A DNA stretch of 64,000 nucleotides from Camelus dromedarius (GCF_036321535.1 NC_087467.1:14074001-14138000), one strand, 5' to 3'. Numbered from the stretch's first letter, positions 22,080-36,810 are shown. Notes: generated by a model not told the origin, from the letters alone. Translations and numbers: made by a program.

Positions 22080-25000
22080 GTGGGATAGCCTTTCACAGTG
22101 ATCGTTGCTGCCTTTTTATTATCACGCACGTTTGGGTTTGTAAAGAAAAGTATGCCTTCTCTTTGTCTTTGTTTTTTCTCTCTGTTGGCTATTTTTATTG
22201 CTCTGTCACCTCAAGGAAAGGATTTGGCTTCAGTACTTTGTCCATTTAAGAGAAGAACATCAACTGTAACTGTAGGAACTAAGCACAGAGCTTCGTTTTT
22301 AGCAACCATGGTTTTAGGAGGGCATACATTCTCTAGCTGGTGACTTAAAGAGGCTCTTCAGGACTCCCTAATGAAACTGATGCTGGGTTCCTTTTTTCAG
22401 CATGCATCTTTTATGAGTCTGCCTCCCAGTGCTATTTTAGTTTCTAGTCATTTGATCTCTGTTGGTTTTATTAAGAATGGATGGTAATATTGCTTGCTGC
22501 TTGATATAATTTAGTGACATTTAAACAAAGACTTTTATTAAGACCCAGGGTTTGTTGACCATACCCATTTTATACTGTCTAATAACATTAGTATCTTTTT
22601 ATTCCCTTGAAGATCTAGTCCTAGACATTGTCCCAGATTAATGAGACGTAACAGACACTAGAGTTCTCCAGTTTCATACAAGTTTATAGACACAGTGCCA
22701 TATGTGTGTGCTGGTGTTCATAGAATACTATATTGTATCAAATTATCAATGAAGAATATATCTTGCTGTCATTGAAAACAGTACTTTTGGGATAGAAAGT
22801 TATTAACAGTTAATTTCTACAAGGTAGTTTTTTTGGTTTAATATTTATAGATATGTGTAGCTCTAACCCCATTTCTGTACCATGATTCTCAACTGTTCTA
22901 CTGGAAAAAAATGTACATGTCACTTCTGTTTATGTGTATTTGCCCCTTGTCAACAAAAAATGTTTGTTTTTACTTATTTTGAAAAGATCAGTGAGTTTTA
23001 GGTAGCTAATAGCTAAAACCAGAGTTTTCTTTCGTTCGGTTAGAGGGTATCCTCTGAACGTGCTCATAGAAGTTATCTTGTGCTGGAGTGTACCAGTGCA
23101 AATGTGTGGCCAGCCGTGAGTGCCTTTCCCAACTCACTTCTGTGGTTACTGTCAGCTGCTTTGGGGTCCAGGGCTTTTTTCCACGCAGGCCATATACCTA
23201 ACAGAAGACCTGGCAGGTCTCCCAGTCTCTAAAGGGAAGACAGCCTTTACCTATTTAACACATACGTCATGACAGTCCAGTGCGAACACAGGTGAAATCT
23301 TTGGAATGTTCAAAGAAGCATAAAATCATCGAAATAATTAAGATATCAGAAGGACCACTGTGCTTAGAGGCGGTCATATCCCGTGGCTGGAGGGGGAGTT
23401 CTCTGCTTTTTGGAGCGGAGAAAGGGTCCAGCGCCCTTTTGTGTATGTGCTGTAGTGCATCATAACAGGAGTTATTTTGCATCTGACAAAAAATTACTAC
23501 TATATTCATATATTCTGTGTTGTCTCTTAATTAGTCAAACCCAGAATTGTACAGATGTGAAGGTTAAGATGGAATTGTTAAAAAAAATGAAGTCAGGACA
23601 GGTCACTAAGAAATCAACGAGATAGTGACTTAGCCAAAAAAGTTCAGCTGATAAGTAAGATGTAAACCTGTAAATGTAATAACATGTTCTTCAATTATTC
23701 AGAGGAAATATTTACTAAATTATCAGCATCAAATATGTGGGAGAACATAACAATTTCTTACTTTTAAAGATAGCTATTGTAAGAGGTTTTTTTTTTTTAA
23801 TTTTTTCACCATTGAGTTCTTCTCTAATCAAATAAACAGAGCATATGCCACATACAATTTAAAAGTTTCATTTTAGAATGGGAAAATCAGTATTCAGTGT
23901 TATAGGATCCCTCTTGCCTGTGCCCTAAATTGCATTGTAAGTAGTCTGTAATTATAATGGGCAGTTATTAATATTAAGAGTAATTTGAGCTAATAGTAAT
24001 TTTGATGGTATTTTGGAAAAGCAGGTGTATGTTGCAACTGGGGGATTGGCCTAAAGTGACCGTGAAATTTATTTGTAGTCTTCTATTTTATCTTTAAAAG
24101 TCTTGTGAAATTTGTGTTTGACCTTGTCATGTTTGCTTTCTTTAATAATATTGATAAATAATTTACTCACCACTTACTTAAGTTTCCCATAAAATCTTGT
24201 CTTTTTCCCTCATGGCCATGTCACCACCTGTTCCAGGATATACACACTTAAATTTAGGAAGGGAGATGGGAAGAATTTGGATTATAAAATTTAAAAGAGA
24301 GAAATGCGTATTTTAAAATGGAAAAGGAGAAGGTTTACCAATTTTAGTGCCCATGGAAAATGTTAAATCATGACTTAACTAATTTGCTGTTAAGATAGAA
24401 CGAGGGTTTTCAGCCATTTTGGTTTTTAGCTATGGAACCATTTGTGCAACAGAAGTTTAGTGTGGAAACTATTAAAATCTCCCCCACCCTCCAAGACTGA
24501 TGAGGCTTCTGTAGAGGGGACCTCTCCCATCTTCTCCCCAGTCTCCCACTGCAGTTGGAATCACCATACCTACTTCGTTTCCTTATCCAGCGAAAACAGT
24601 TAAGCTTTACCTTCTCTAGTAAGTATTACAGAAACAGCAGGGCCCCCCTCGCCCAGCTGTGACACAGTGAACCGTCCACAGGCTGTTTCTGCTCTTCTTT
24701 AATGTGTCCGCACGCCGGGTACCTGGGAGAGTTCCTGCTGCATAGGGAACACCCAGTAAAAATGGCCTGTTCTGACTCTGTTTACTCCTTTTCTCCTTAA
24801 GAGTGGTGATTCGCTTTGCTCTGAATACAGAACCTCTGGCCTTTTGTTTTCTTTTCCACCCCATTATCGTAGGATGATGTCATGAGGTACAGTTTGAAAA
24901 ATCTCTGACCCAGAGAATCATACGCTATAAGGCCTATGTCATGTTAATTTAAAGTATGGCAACCAAATTGAGTTTATTTCTGTGAAAAGTGAAACATAGG

Positions 25001-25899
25001 TATTATGGCTCTTTAATCTATCCTAGGTGATAATTACAAAGATAATTTTTTTAGTTAACAAACTAGGTAATTTAAGTCATCTCTTAAATACAAATTTGGG
25101 CTAACTGAACTGAGTCCCCACTCTGAAAATCTTGTGAAAGCTAACTGGAATCTCAAAAAAAGTGGTTTTTCTACCATACTGAAGTTTAGAAAACTTGTAC
25201 GGTGTCTCTTAATGATTAGGCCTGGGGAAAAGGTTTTTCATTCACTCTGAATTACTGACATGCTGTGTCCTCTGACGGCCAATAATCTTTGGTGTTGTAT
25301 GTGTCTTTGGGCTTTTAAGTTAGTTGTAGAGAAATATCAACAGAAATCAATAGAATTTTATTTAATACCTAGAACCAAAAATACTGCGGAGAGAGAATAT
25401 ACAAAATAAAGACTCCAATGCACTTTTTCCCCCCCTGGAAAATACGTTGAGTTACTCAGTGGAAGATGAGCCTTTACTATGCTAGTCAGGTTTATATTTA
25501 CAGGGCTTCTTGTCATTTTGGTTGTCTGTGTTCCATGAGGTCAGTTCTCTACTCTTGGACCTAATTTATTACATTTATTCTGAACTCTCATCTTTCAGCT
25601 TTTTAGCAGTTTGACCCGAGTTGTTAAGACTGGTAAAGATACTGATGTTTATCTCATCTGGATTTATAATATAAAAGATAGGAGTGCGGGACAGGTGAGT
25701 CAGAATCTGAAATGTTGGGTCCATGTTGTGATTCTATAAATAGTATTCCTGCTCTTAGTAGATTGAAAGGGAAAAATCATACGATCCTTCTAATAAGGAA
25801 AAGATAGTGAAATAAAGCAGTCGTTCATGACTAATGTCTTAGCGAGTCACAAGCAGAAGAGAACCTCTTGAATCTGGCTGAAAATTGCAGCAAATAAAT

Positions 25900-26815
25900 A
25901 CTTGAGATAATAAGACAAGGATGCCTGTCGTTGTCTCTTCTGTTCGACATTGTTTGGAGGTCCTAACCAGAGACACAGTGCACTCCAGAATTTAGAAACA
26001 AAACCCTAGACATCTACAGACAAATTATTACAGTTAGTGAGAAAGTGTGGCCAGGTTTTGCTTTTATACAAAATCAGCTAAGTACGTTTCCATGTGCCTT
26101 CAACAGACAGAAATTGCAGTTAAAACTGGGGAGTGGGGAGATTCAGTAATTATTAAAAAGTCACTTACCTAGGAATAAATCTTAGCCAAAAAAAATGTGT
26201 AATATAAAACTTATTGAAAGACATAAAACTTACCAAGAAGGAAGTCATTGTCTTAAAATATATTTTGCCAACTTGATCTGTAGACTCAATGTATTTTTAA
26301 TTAAAATTGCAATATCCTTTTCCTTGGAAGTTGGGAAATGGATTCTGAAATACATGTTTAAGCACAGAAAGCTTTGGAGAGCCAAGATACCGTTCAGGAA
26401 GTTGGTTGGGGGCGGGAAGGGAAGGCATTTGCCCAACCAAATGTCAAGACTGATTACAAATCTTTAGTGCAGAATTGTCCTACAAGCAAGACTGACCTGA
26501 AGAACGGAAGTAAAAGGTCCCGAGACCCACACATACTAGGAAATCTGGTTTGAGTAATCGAGCTAACGTAGCAGATCAGCGAGGGAGAGAGTGGATTGTT
26601 AGGTAAATGATGCTGGGACAATCATCTAATACAGGAAAAAAAAAAATTAAAAAGAAAATGGACCCCTATTTAATATACACAAATACAAACTGTAGATGAA
26701 TAAATAAAACACAAACCAGTGTGGAAGGGAAAACTTCATAAAACTTCTACAAGAGAATATAAAAAATACCTTTGCAGTTTTAAAATACGGAAGGATTTCT
26801 TACAACAGAAATGTG
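25900..26815 (+). mobile_element. Old L1M ORF2 fragment (RT and downstream region), heavily degraded
   Basis: acaaggatgcctg...ggaggtcctaacc, acctaggaataaatcttag, tctgtagactcaatg, aaatgatgctgggacaa; ORF 26195-26467 resembles decayed ORF2. Confidence 0.85.
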
Positions 26816-28599
26816 ATAGGGACTAAGTTTTTATCTCATTCTAATTAATGTACTTGTTCTTGATGTATTTAGTGGAATAAAACCCTTCGATTCTTTCATA
26901 AATGTGGCTAAGAATCTCAAAGGTTTAGTTTACTGAAATCATAGGTTAGGGTTCCAGACAATCTTAGTTTACCCTTTATTTATCCTTCATTTCTGCTTTA
27001 GAACTGAATTATTAGGTAACCAGATAACAGCTGTTTTCTGTATATGAAGAATGTACTGACAAATTGAAGTCAGAAAGGTTGAAAACTAAGCTAAGACAGT
27101 ATCTTCTAAGAAGTAAAACTATATTAAGAAAATATTGTTCATGGTAAATAAAAATTATTCAACTCTGAATATCTTTAAATCACTAGTACAAACCCACCGT
27201 GGTTTTGAAGTCTCCCTGTAGATACTGAGACAGATCATCTGGTTTCAGACTTGATTATGATTAGGGCAGGACAGAGAGTAACTAACAAGTCACCCCACTC
27301 AGGTGTCCTCTGGGTGGCCTGGGCAGAAAACACCCTTGTCTGTTAGGAAATATTTGGGATAATTCCTTATTGTCATGTGGGGACCAGGATCACTTAAGCA
27401 GGAGTCCAGATGCGTCTGAGGACTCAGTAGTAAGAGCCCTGCGCTGAATTAGCCAGGTTTGTGTCAGGCCTGTGGCCTGGAAGGAGCAGCGGTTCCAGAG
27501 ACACCGAGTTCTATGCTCTCACCTTACTCCCTGACTCACAGTACTTGTTGCTCTGGAAAGTAGGGGGCTGTAATTAAAAAAAAAAGTGTCACCAGAAGCT
27601 CAGTGCGGCTCTCCTCTGGGGCCTGACTTTTAACAAGCTGGACACAAGCCTGTCTCAGTAGCCCGAGTGAGAAGACCACCAGGGACCACGAAGCAGTAAG
27701 AAGCTCGAGGAGCAGCAGTTGGGAGAGAAGATGTGGATCCTCTCAGAGACATGGAGGCTGGGCCAGGGTACCGCTGTGCTGCAGGGCAGGCAGACTGCTG
27801 GCAGTCCTGGAACTGCAGGTGTCTGTCATCAGAGGGCACGGAGATCAGACGCCTGGAACAGACTAGCGAGCGGGATGGCAGTAGCTAGAGCAGAGGAGCA
27901 AAAGCCAGCAGGCCGCTCGGATGACACAGGACACCCGTGTCTCCCGTAGAAGCACATCTGAGAGTCTGTGACCGGTAAGAGGGAGTGCCAGCCCGGCAGG
28001 TGGGTGCAGAAGAGTTCAAAAGATAGCCCAAACAGTAAGCAGAAACCTGACCTAGGACTAACAGACTGGTAGGCTGTGGGGTCATTGCGGGTATGTTAGT
28101 AAGAAAAAAAAAAAAGGCAGTATGAGTCCAGATTCATGATAATTATCTTCACAAAACCAGGTGGACTTGCCTAGCTTGTTGCCAGGAATTACTCTGGGAA
28201 AACAGGAATCTTTCTATAGAAATCACCTCTTCCTGCCCAGGTTTAAAAAGCAGGTGGAAGAGGAGTTGCTATTTTGGAAGGAGGGGCTAAGGCTCTGAGG
28301 CCCACAGGCCGTCCCTGTATCCTGCCTCTGACCCCTGAAACACCTCTGGGGGCTTGGAGCCCTTTAAAACACGTTTGGAAAAACACGCAGACTCTTCCCG
28401 CTTCTCCTTCTGTAGGCAGATGACGGCGAGGTGCACATTCACCCGACTCCGCGGGCTCACTCAGCTGTTCCAGAGCAGCGGTTTTCAGGGACGAATGATA
28501 GCAGTTTTCTAGGGCAGCTATAGTCTGTACAGATAGGCTTGAATGAACAAAACAGCAAGCAGCTAATGAATTTATGTTGTTTGCCTAGGGTATGAAAAA

Positions 28600-28800
28600 A
28601 ACAAAGAATATACTTTCAGGCATATAATCCCATTTTTAAAACTTTCATGGAAATTTTCAAAGGTACGAATAGAATAATGAACCCTTCAAACCATCATGTA
28701 TCTTCAGCCTTTATCATGTACCCAACTTTGCTTCATCTGCAGACCTTTCCATCTCCCATGCCCACATAATTTTAAAAATTATTTCTAAAATTATATTAAA
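28600..28800 (-). mobile_element. Old L1ME/MC 3'-end fragment
   Basis: ttttaaaactttcatggaaattttcaaaggtac...cccaactttgcttcatct. Confidence 0.5.
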
Positions 28801-28810
28801 TCCAAGGTAC

Positions 28811-29986
28811 AGCATATTTTTGCTTTTATTTCTATTGCCCTGGGAGACTGACTTAAGAAAATATTGCTGTAATTTATGTCAGAGAATGTTTTGCCTGTGT
28901 TCTCTTTGAAGAGTTGTATGCTGTCACATCTTATATTTAAGCCATTTTGAGTTTATTTTTGTGTATATGAGGGAGTGTTCTAATGTCATTGATTTACATG
29001 AGGCTGTCCAGCTTTCCCATCACCACTTGCTGAAGATACTGTCTTTTCTCCATTGTATATTCTTGCCTCCTTTGTCAAAGATTAATTGACTGTAGATGTT
29101 TGGGTTTATTCTTAGTCTCGATTCTGTTCCATTGGTCCATATGTCTGTTTTTATGCCAATACCATGCTGTTTTGATTACTGTAGCTCTGTAGTATTGTCT
29201 GAAGTTTGGGAGGTTTATGCATCCAGCTTTGTTCTTTTCCTTCAGGATTGCTTTGGCAGTTCTAGGTCTTTTGTGATTTCATATAAATTTTAGGATTATT
29301 TGTTCTAGTTCTGTGAAAGATGTCCTGGGTAATTTCAGTAGGGATCACATTAAATCTGTAGATTGCTTTGGGTTAGTATGGCCATTTTAATAATATTAAT
29401 TCTTCAAATCCAAGAGCATGGGATATCTTTCCATTTCTCTGAATTGTCTTCAGTTTCCCTTATCAATGTTTTATAACTCTTAGCATATAGGTTTTTCACC
29501 TTGGTCAGGTTTATTCCTGAGTATTTTGGTTTTTTTGGATGTGATTTTAAAAGGAATTTTTTAACTTTTCTGATTTTTCATTGTTATTTTAAAGATGTGC
29601 AACAAATTTTTGTAAATTAATCTTGTATCTTGCTGCTTTGCTGAATTCATTAGTTTCTGTATGGAGTTTTTAAAGTTTTCCTTATATAATATCATGTTAT
29701 TTGCACATAATGACAATTTGACCTGTTCCCTTCCAATTTGGATCCTTTTTATTTTTCTTGTCTCATTGCTGTAGCTAGAACTTCAATACTGTGTTGAATA
29801 GAAGTGGTGAGAGGGGGCATGTTTGTCTTGTTCCAGATTTTACTGGGAATGCTTTCAGCTTTTCACCATTATATTGGCTGTGGGTTTGTCATATATAGCT
29901 TTTATTATGTTGAAATATGTTCCCTCTCTACCCACTTTGGTAAGAGTTTTTATATTTTGAATGAATATTAAATTTTATCAAATGCA
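28811..29986 (-). mobile_element. L1 ORF2 internal fragment (reverse-transcriptase region), moderately diverged with frameshifts
   Basis: Near-canonical reverse ORF2: gccaataccatgctgttttgattactgtagctctgtagta, attaaatctgtagattgctttggg, gctagaacttcaatactgtgttgaatagaagtggtgagag. Confidence 0.95.
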
Positions 29987-30319
29987 AAGCCTTTATTCTT
30001 ACGAAGTGTCTATTTCTGAAATAAGGGAGGTTTACCATCTTTTTAAGATCTGTTTGTATTCCTTTTTCTGTGAGTTGCTGATACTTCTTGCCCATTTTTC
30101 TCCTGAACCGTTGAACTTAACAGTTTTCAGGTGCTTCATATATTATTACAGAAACTAGCTTTTTGTATGTGATATGAGTTGAAAAATTTTTTTCCGCAGG
30201 TTTCTCAAAAGGGAAGATAACTCTTAGAAAAATATCTAGTTCTTATCACATAGCAGGTAACTACCACATAGTTCTTACCACCATATGCTCTTTGAAAAAA
30301 ATACGTGAACTAGAAAAGT

Positions 30320-30490
30320 GTAGTTATGAAGAACTACCTGAGTTTGAATCCCACATAGACCACATTCCTGACTTTAAGCAAGTTATAATCACTTTGAAAC
30401 TCAACTTATTCTGTAAAATGGCTATAATAATCAGACCTACCTTGTTGGCTTATTGTGATAATTAAGTGAGATAATCTATGCAAAGGTGTC
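30320..30490 (+). mobile_element. MIR SINE
   Basis: cctgagtttgaatccca...tgactttaagcaagtta...ctgtaaaatggctataataatcagacctacc...attaagtgagataat. Confidence 0.8.
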
Positions 30491-32561
30491 ATAGTGATTT
30501 TAACTAATTAAATCTCAGGTGCTGTTGTAAGTAGAAGACTGATAAACCTCAAGCTAAAGTGAGTAAATGGAATTGTTTTCGCTGTGTATTTTAACATACA
30601 AGGAAAGGTATTTGTATAGATTTTAGACGTTTACTTTGACCTTTGAAACTGAAATTTGGGGAACAAGTAGCTTAAGTGTTGATTCTGGAATAACATTATT
30701 TTCTTTCGGTAAATGTGAACTAAGGAAAACTGTCCCCCCATTTAATGTCTTCTGTGGTTGATTTCCATTTTATTTTATAAGGATATTTCATAGCAGTGGT
30801 TAAATTGAAACATGATTTTTCTTTTTATTGAGATTACAAAGGTGTGGCTGGCCTCCACCAAGCTGGTTGTGAGCTTACGTTGTCAGAAGTGTAAACAAGA
30901 AGCTCTGTTATTCATTCCTTAGTCCCTTGGTACTACCTTCCCCATACAGAGGTCTCATTACTTCTCCGTTCGATCCCTAGGCTTTCTAAATCTCTTAGGT
31001 AAATATCCAATTTCTATTTCAAGTTTGCTTTATATGCACTTATAATCCTCAGAATGTCAAAAGAAAGAAGAAGTTAAATATTAACTAAAATGTGTATTCT
31101 TGCCAGGTGTCCTGATGCTCTGTTTGAAGATGCGCCCTCCTTCCCCTCCACACACAGGAAAACCAGGTTCTTAGTGACTGGGAAGTATCTTTCAGTATAA
31201 CCTAGTCCTTTAATGGTCTGCCTTATTCTGTTTACTCTGCCATTTCTTAAGTACAATAATTCATAGATTGGGCATCTTGACTTGTGATGACTGTGGGATT
31301 TGGTCTTTATAAATACACTGAAGTGTCTCCTTCCTGCTAGAGCTGTGCCAACTTAAATTTTGCCTGAAGGAGAAAACTGCCTCAGGGGACAGAGTCCTTT
31401 GGTATTGTTTGCTGTGCCTGTTAACAAAGGAGGATTTTCCTCTTTCAGAAAACACCATATATAATAATAAGGATTTACAAGGTAAATGAGTGAAGTGACT
31501 GTTTTGAAAACGTATAGAGATCCTTTAACAGTTTGTTTGCCTGGTGCCTTGAAAATCTTCAGAAAATTTGATTTATTCACATCTCTTTCCAAAACACATT
31601 CATTGCTTATAGAACATGATTGACCCTGATTGTGGGATATAACCTGCGGTTGAGTCATGTGGATGTGGCACCATGTTCAGCCAGAATTTGAAAGATGAGC
31701 GTGAACTTCCATCCTGCCATAGCAAGTGTTCTCAAAGCCAGTTCCTTGTTACTGTGGAGTGACTCACATTAATTACACATCCTGGTTCTCACGCAGGAAG
31801 CACTGCCTCTGCATCTGACAGATGTCGAAAACCTAAATGAGTGTAGCCAGGGCTGCATCCTGTCATGATATGTGATGGAACGTAATGCAACGTGTGCTAG
31901 AGCAGGCGGGGTACAGCCAGCTTTGAGGACGGGGTAGGGGACGGAGCCTGGTGGCATCCCAGTGCTGAAGCGAAGCAGCTTGCTTTCTGGGCTGTAAGAG
32001 GACACAGTTGGGGCAGTTAACACTTCTCAGCAAAACAGGCTTCTGTAGGTGAACCAAGTAGATAGTTTATAACCATAGATTCTCTATAGTTTTGTTGTAC
32101 TTTTGTGCTTTGGTGTTGTGGGTCTTTGAATACCTTAAGTATATTGACAGAAATTCTAGTAGCCTAGGGTGTACTGTGATCATAAGACAGTCGAGAGCCA
32201 TCAGCTTAATGTGCTTTCCTTTCTGCATTTGGTCCTGGCTCTGTGACTTTCTATAGCTGTATGGCTTTGGTCAGCATTTAGCTGTCCACAGGTCAGCTGC
32301 TTCATCTCTGACGTGAGCAGTAAGTCCCCACAAAAGCACAATCCAACAGCAGGATGGTTAGTACCTAGTTGGTCTGGTTGCTAAAGTCTCTGTCTTCTGA
32401 CTGTGCTATGTCAGCCCCAGATCCAGAGCTCCTTACAGTATTGTGCATAATATTCCTCTCTGCAGCATATATTTGGATTACAAATTGGTGCTTATAAGGT
32501 ACTTTCACAAACTCCATGGCTCTTGGTTCTCAAAATACCTCTGAGTTATAGGCAGGGCAGA

Positions 32562-32698
32562 TAGTATTATATCCTCAGTTTAACAGATGAAGAAACTGAA
32601 GCACAGAAAGTTGAACTGACTTGCCCAGGCGCTTTGCAGATAAGTGATAGGACCTGCATGCACGCCAGGTATTCTGACTCCAGAGCTTCTGTTCTTTT
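32562..32698 (-). mobile_element. MIR SINE
   Basis: cagtttaacagatgaagaaactgaagcacagaaagttgaactgacttgcccagg...tctgactccagagc. Confidence 0.85.
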
Positions 32699-35600
32699 CT
32701 TAAAATTTAGAACCTTTATAGATGTCTAGAATAACAAAGATTTATATTCCTAGACAAATTCCCAGATTTGTATTCTGAAATGTAAAACGGTTTGTCCCAG
32801 CCTTTAATTAATGCAGCTGTTTGTTTCTTTTGTGTAATAATTTACAGAGAATGAACATCACAGTCCCAAAGCACGCATTAAGCACCCATCTGCTGTTGGC
32901 TCAGTACTAGGCACTGTTACAAATTAAAGTGGACGTGGAACTTATTTTCTGGGCCTTTATACATTTCCGTTTGTATTAACATGAGCGTACAAAAGAACAC
33001 ATGAACACATTGGAAGTTCTGCCAATTTCAAACAAACAGGGGCTAAAAACTTCTCTTGCTATAATTTTCGTTATCCACCAACCTCCTACCAAAGCAGGAT
33101 TCTCCAAAGGATGCTGGAATGATAAAAGGTGTGATGTTTTCATAGAAATTATTTATTTCTCCTCAATAGCTATGCATTCTTTTATTAGTGAAAACCAAGC
33201 TTTTTGGTTGTTTTCCTTCAGGGTATGATTGACATTATCTTATTGGAAAGAACAAGAAAATCTCAGAAGGTGAGGTACGCTACTTCAGTCTGATTGTGTG
33301 TTTCAGGACACCGTGTAATCTTTGTTAGCAGAAGAAACCTTAGGAAAGAGGAAGATTGCTGTTCTTTGCAGTACAGATATGTCACTATGCTCAGAGCAAT
33401 CAGAAAGGAAAAAGAGGGGAAACCGATGTTTACATCAGATAACGCCAGTGAAGGTATTATATGTCACAGAGCAGGAAGGAACCAGAAATTCAGTTCTCCC
33501 TAGAAATTCTATCCCTCTGATGGCAAGCAGTCAGAAAGGTCGCAGATCATTTTAAAAGGAAGCTAAATCAGGCTATTGAACTGGCTAAAGCAGATCCCAA
33601 ATTGTTATGTTCATTGTGGAAAAATGGGTGTGCTTTAAAGGGAAATATGTCTAAAAAGTTCAAAGCCATGCAACAAGGCAGAGTGGTATGTGCAGAGCGA
33701 TACTTGTATCACTCAGTGCATCTCTGCTTCTCTCTGCATCTTCTCTTGTTGCTAGCTATGTTTTGCATAGTCCCTAAACTCTTGTTTCGGGGACCTAAAG
33801 TCCTTGTCTGCAGTGTTGCAGGTAACACGCAGCCTGTTAGACACAGCCTTGCTCCAGAGTTGGTTCAAGGGTCAGCCATTGCCGTCCAGCACTCAGATCT
33901 GCTCTGGGGTCTTGCTGTCCCTCGCACACCCCCTGCCAGACTCCTCATCCAGCTGGAGCCCATTCAGGTTCCAGGATGAGACATTGCTTAGTGTAGAGTC
34001 CAAGAAATTTCTATTGTAATCAGGAAAGGCTTCTCTCCCCTTTCCTGCCAACAAAATGACTAGCCATAGACAGTCTCGGGTCCTTTCTGGAATGTGAGGA
34101 GGTGTTGGCAGATTTGTGCTCACCCTCTCCATGCCTCTCTGCTCCTTAGCCATCCGCACTGCAGGAGGCTCGGTCAGCCTTCAGGGGAGACAGGGCGGAA
34201 GGTAGTGGCTCTGACCTGTGTGGCATGCAGCCTGCATTCCATCAGTGTTCTCCGTCATTGAGATCACTTCCTTTAGGTCAAGATGACCTCACCATGATCT
34301 GCTGTCTTCATTTCAGTTAGTTTACGTCTGTTCCAGCTCCCACTGCATGAAGTCTTAGTGATTCTTAGAGGTAAGGGTGAGCAGAAAACATGCCCCCTGT
34401 CCCTAGGGTGAGGTCTGCTTTTCTGTGTCCTGCCCTCTTCCCATCTGTGCCAAACCCCATGAGGTAGGCTTGACGTGAGGGGGTCCTGCTCCCCAAAGGG
34501 ACAGCTTCTCTCTGAACTGGTTCATAGATATGTTTTCATTAGCCTGTTTTGGCTTGGAAATGTGATGGTTCTACAGGCTTTCCTCTTAATTTAGTCATGC
34601 TGATAAACTAACAAGAGTAGGAAGTAAATTTACTGTGTTACTGAAGTTAGACATGAGTTCTGAATTTTAGAAAGCCAGTAGGAAAATCAGTCTGAAATTC
34701 TGAATATGCTATTTTAAAATCAAAGTTTAAAATCAGAACAAATGAAACAAGGACATATAATCACCCTAATCTTTTTGCTGTGTAGGGCCAGATTTGTTAA
34801 GTGATAATCATAGGCTCTTTATTATTTGAGATCAAAAATGAAAAATAATCTTAGGAATACACAGCAAAATCAAATAGTAATATATAATTACATCAAATTA
34901 TCACAGTAAGCTTAAAATAGGAAAACAAGTTGTTGGATATTTAAAAGATGCACAGAACCTAAAAAGGCATATGACTGCCCCCTTTCTCATCTCGTCTCAT
35001 CTGAGACTTGTGCTGACCTGCTGCCAAGCCTCTGGGCTGATTTGAGTTGAGGATGTCTAGGAGCAGCTTAAATACCTGTCCAGCTGTCCCCAGCACCTTC
35101 TTGTCTGACTCAGCCCTAAGTGAGGTGCTGGTGTCTAGTAGGCTTCAGATGACATTACCAGGATGCAGAGAGAACTTGCAGTTCCTCTGTTGGTCCGAAT
35201 TCAAACCTGGAAGTTGGTAGAAGGTACATTACAGTATCAGTCATGCAAGAAAAGAGGTCTCTTTTGAAACTTGTCCAGGCTTGCTTCTGTTGAAAGGGGG
35301 ATAGATAGATTTTAGGAATTTAACTGTATAGGTGAATTTTAGTTGTTTTGTGTTGATGTTAATATATTACACTTAGCATAATATTTCATATAGAAGGTGC
35401 CTTTGAAAATCTTACGTATCCACATATATTACAGCTAGTTTTAATTACTATTACATGACTGAGGAGTATTACGGGAAAGTTACATGATAAATGCATCATG
35501 GGACAGCTTATTCAGCCTCAGGCCCTGGTTTATAGAAAACTAACAGCCATGAAGTTTATCTCAGCAACGTTTACTGAGTACCTGCGGTGTTCCATCTGCA

Positions 35601-36679
35601 GGTTCAACACAGCATAGAGTCTAATGGTAAGAATTTCAGTAAATGCACAGTAACAATCTTGCATGTTCTCAAGAAGCGAGTGGAGGGTGAATAAGAGTGT
35701 TGCCTTCTCTATGATTCTTTGTCCTAACCAGGAGGGAGAAGGGGTAGAGGGGAGTGGTACCTTTCCAAAAATGGAACTTGATACTTTTCACATGACTTGT
35801 GAGTAAGAATACGCTTATCCATCAGTGATGAGGTCACTAGGCTTCTCCTCACATCACTTTCCTTTCAACCTTTTTAAGAGAATAGATTTGTGAACTGCGA
35901 TTCCAGATGAACTCTGTAAGATTATACATGATGGGTGAAAATAAGGCTTTTTATTACTATGATCATGTACTCTTGTAACATCATTTTAAAATCTGATGTT
36001 CAGTTTTGTGAATATAATTTAATTTTATAGTTTATTTTTAATGGCTTCCTTATTTGGAAGACTGTTTCATTTTGAATATCTAGTAAACATCAGTAGTGCC
36101 ATTGAAATCAGATGATTAGATTCAAATAGAAGCTGTGTACATTAGGGTTATGTTTAAATTGGTACTTGTGGAAGAACGGATTTGGGAGAGAAGGAAAGAG
36201 GAATTCTGATAGCTGAGAGGAGAGATGCTAAGCACCTAATAATTGCACACAGATACACACACAGAAGTACAAAACACCTAATACATATGCACATGTGTGC
36301 ACACAGATCTTCAGTGCTGCCATGATAAAGTCTGCTTCTCTATGAAATTATTAGATTGTTAGTTCATTCTTTTGATCTTGCATCAAAGGTTAGAATTAGG
36401 TTGTTGCTTGCTTTTCTAAATATCCAAATGAGTATTCTGCTCAAACTGATGATTCTTTCAGAATATTTAATAGCATGAACAAATGTTTAATTGTTAAGTG
36501 CAACTGAAAATGTGTGTTAAGGAATTTGGCTTTAAAACTGTTTTCTTAAGTGACTTAGAGGTGGAAAATTTGGTTATCTGTGTTCGTCATGCCGCATTTG
36601 CTCCTTATCCACCTCTCATTTTTTTCCGCTATTTTTTCTCTCCGTGGCCCATTTTAACTTCAGAAGACATTAGATATAA

Positions 36680-36810
36680 CATGGAGCACCTGTTACGTGC
36701 AAGTTACTCTGCACCGTGGGGATGCAGAGGAGAGCAAGACCTAGTCCACAGCCTCAGGGGCCTGAGCCTGGTGAGCGGCAGATGTGTAAGAAATTAACAG
36801 TGGGGGCGAG
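36680..36810 (-). mobile_element. L2 3'-end fragment
   Basis: atggagcacctgttacgtgcaagttactctgcaccgtggggatgcagag...agacctagtccacagcctcagggg. Confidence 0.7.
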
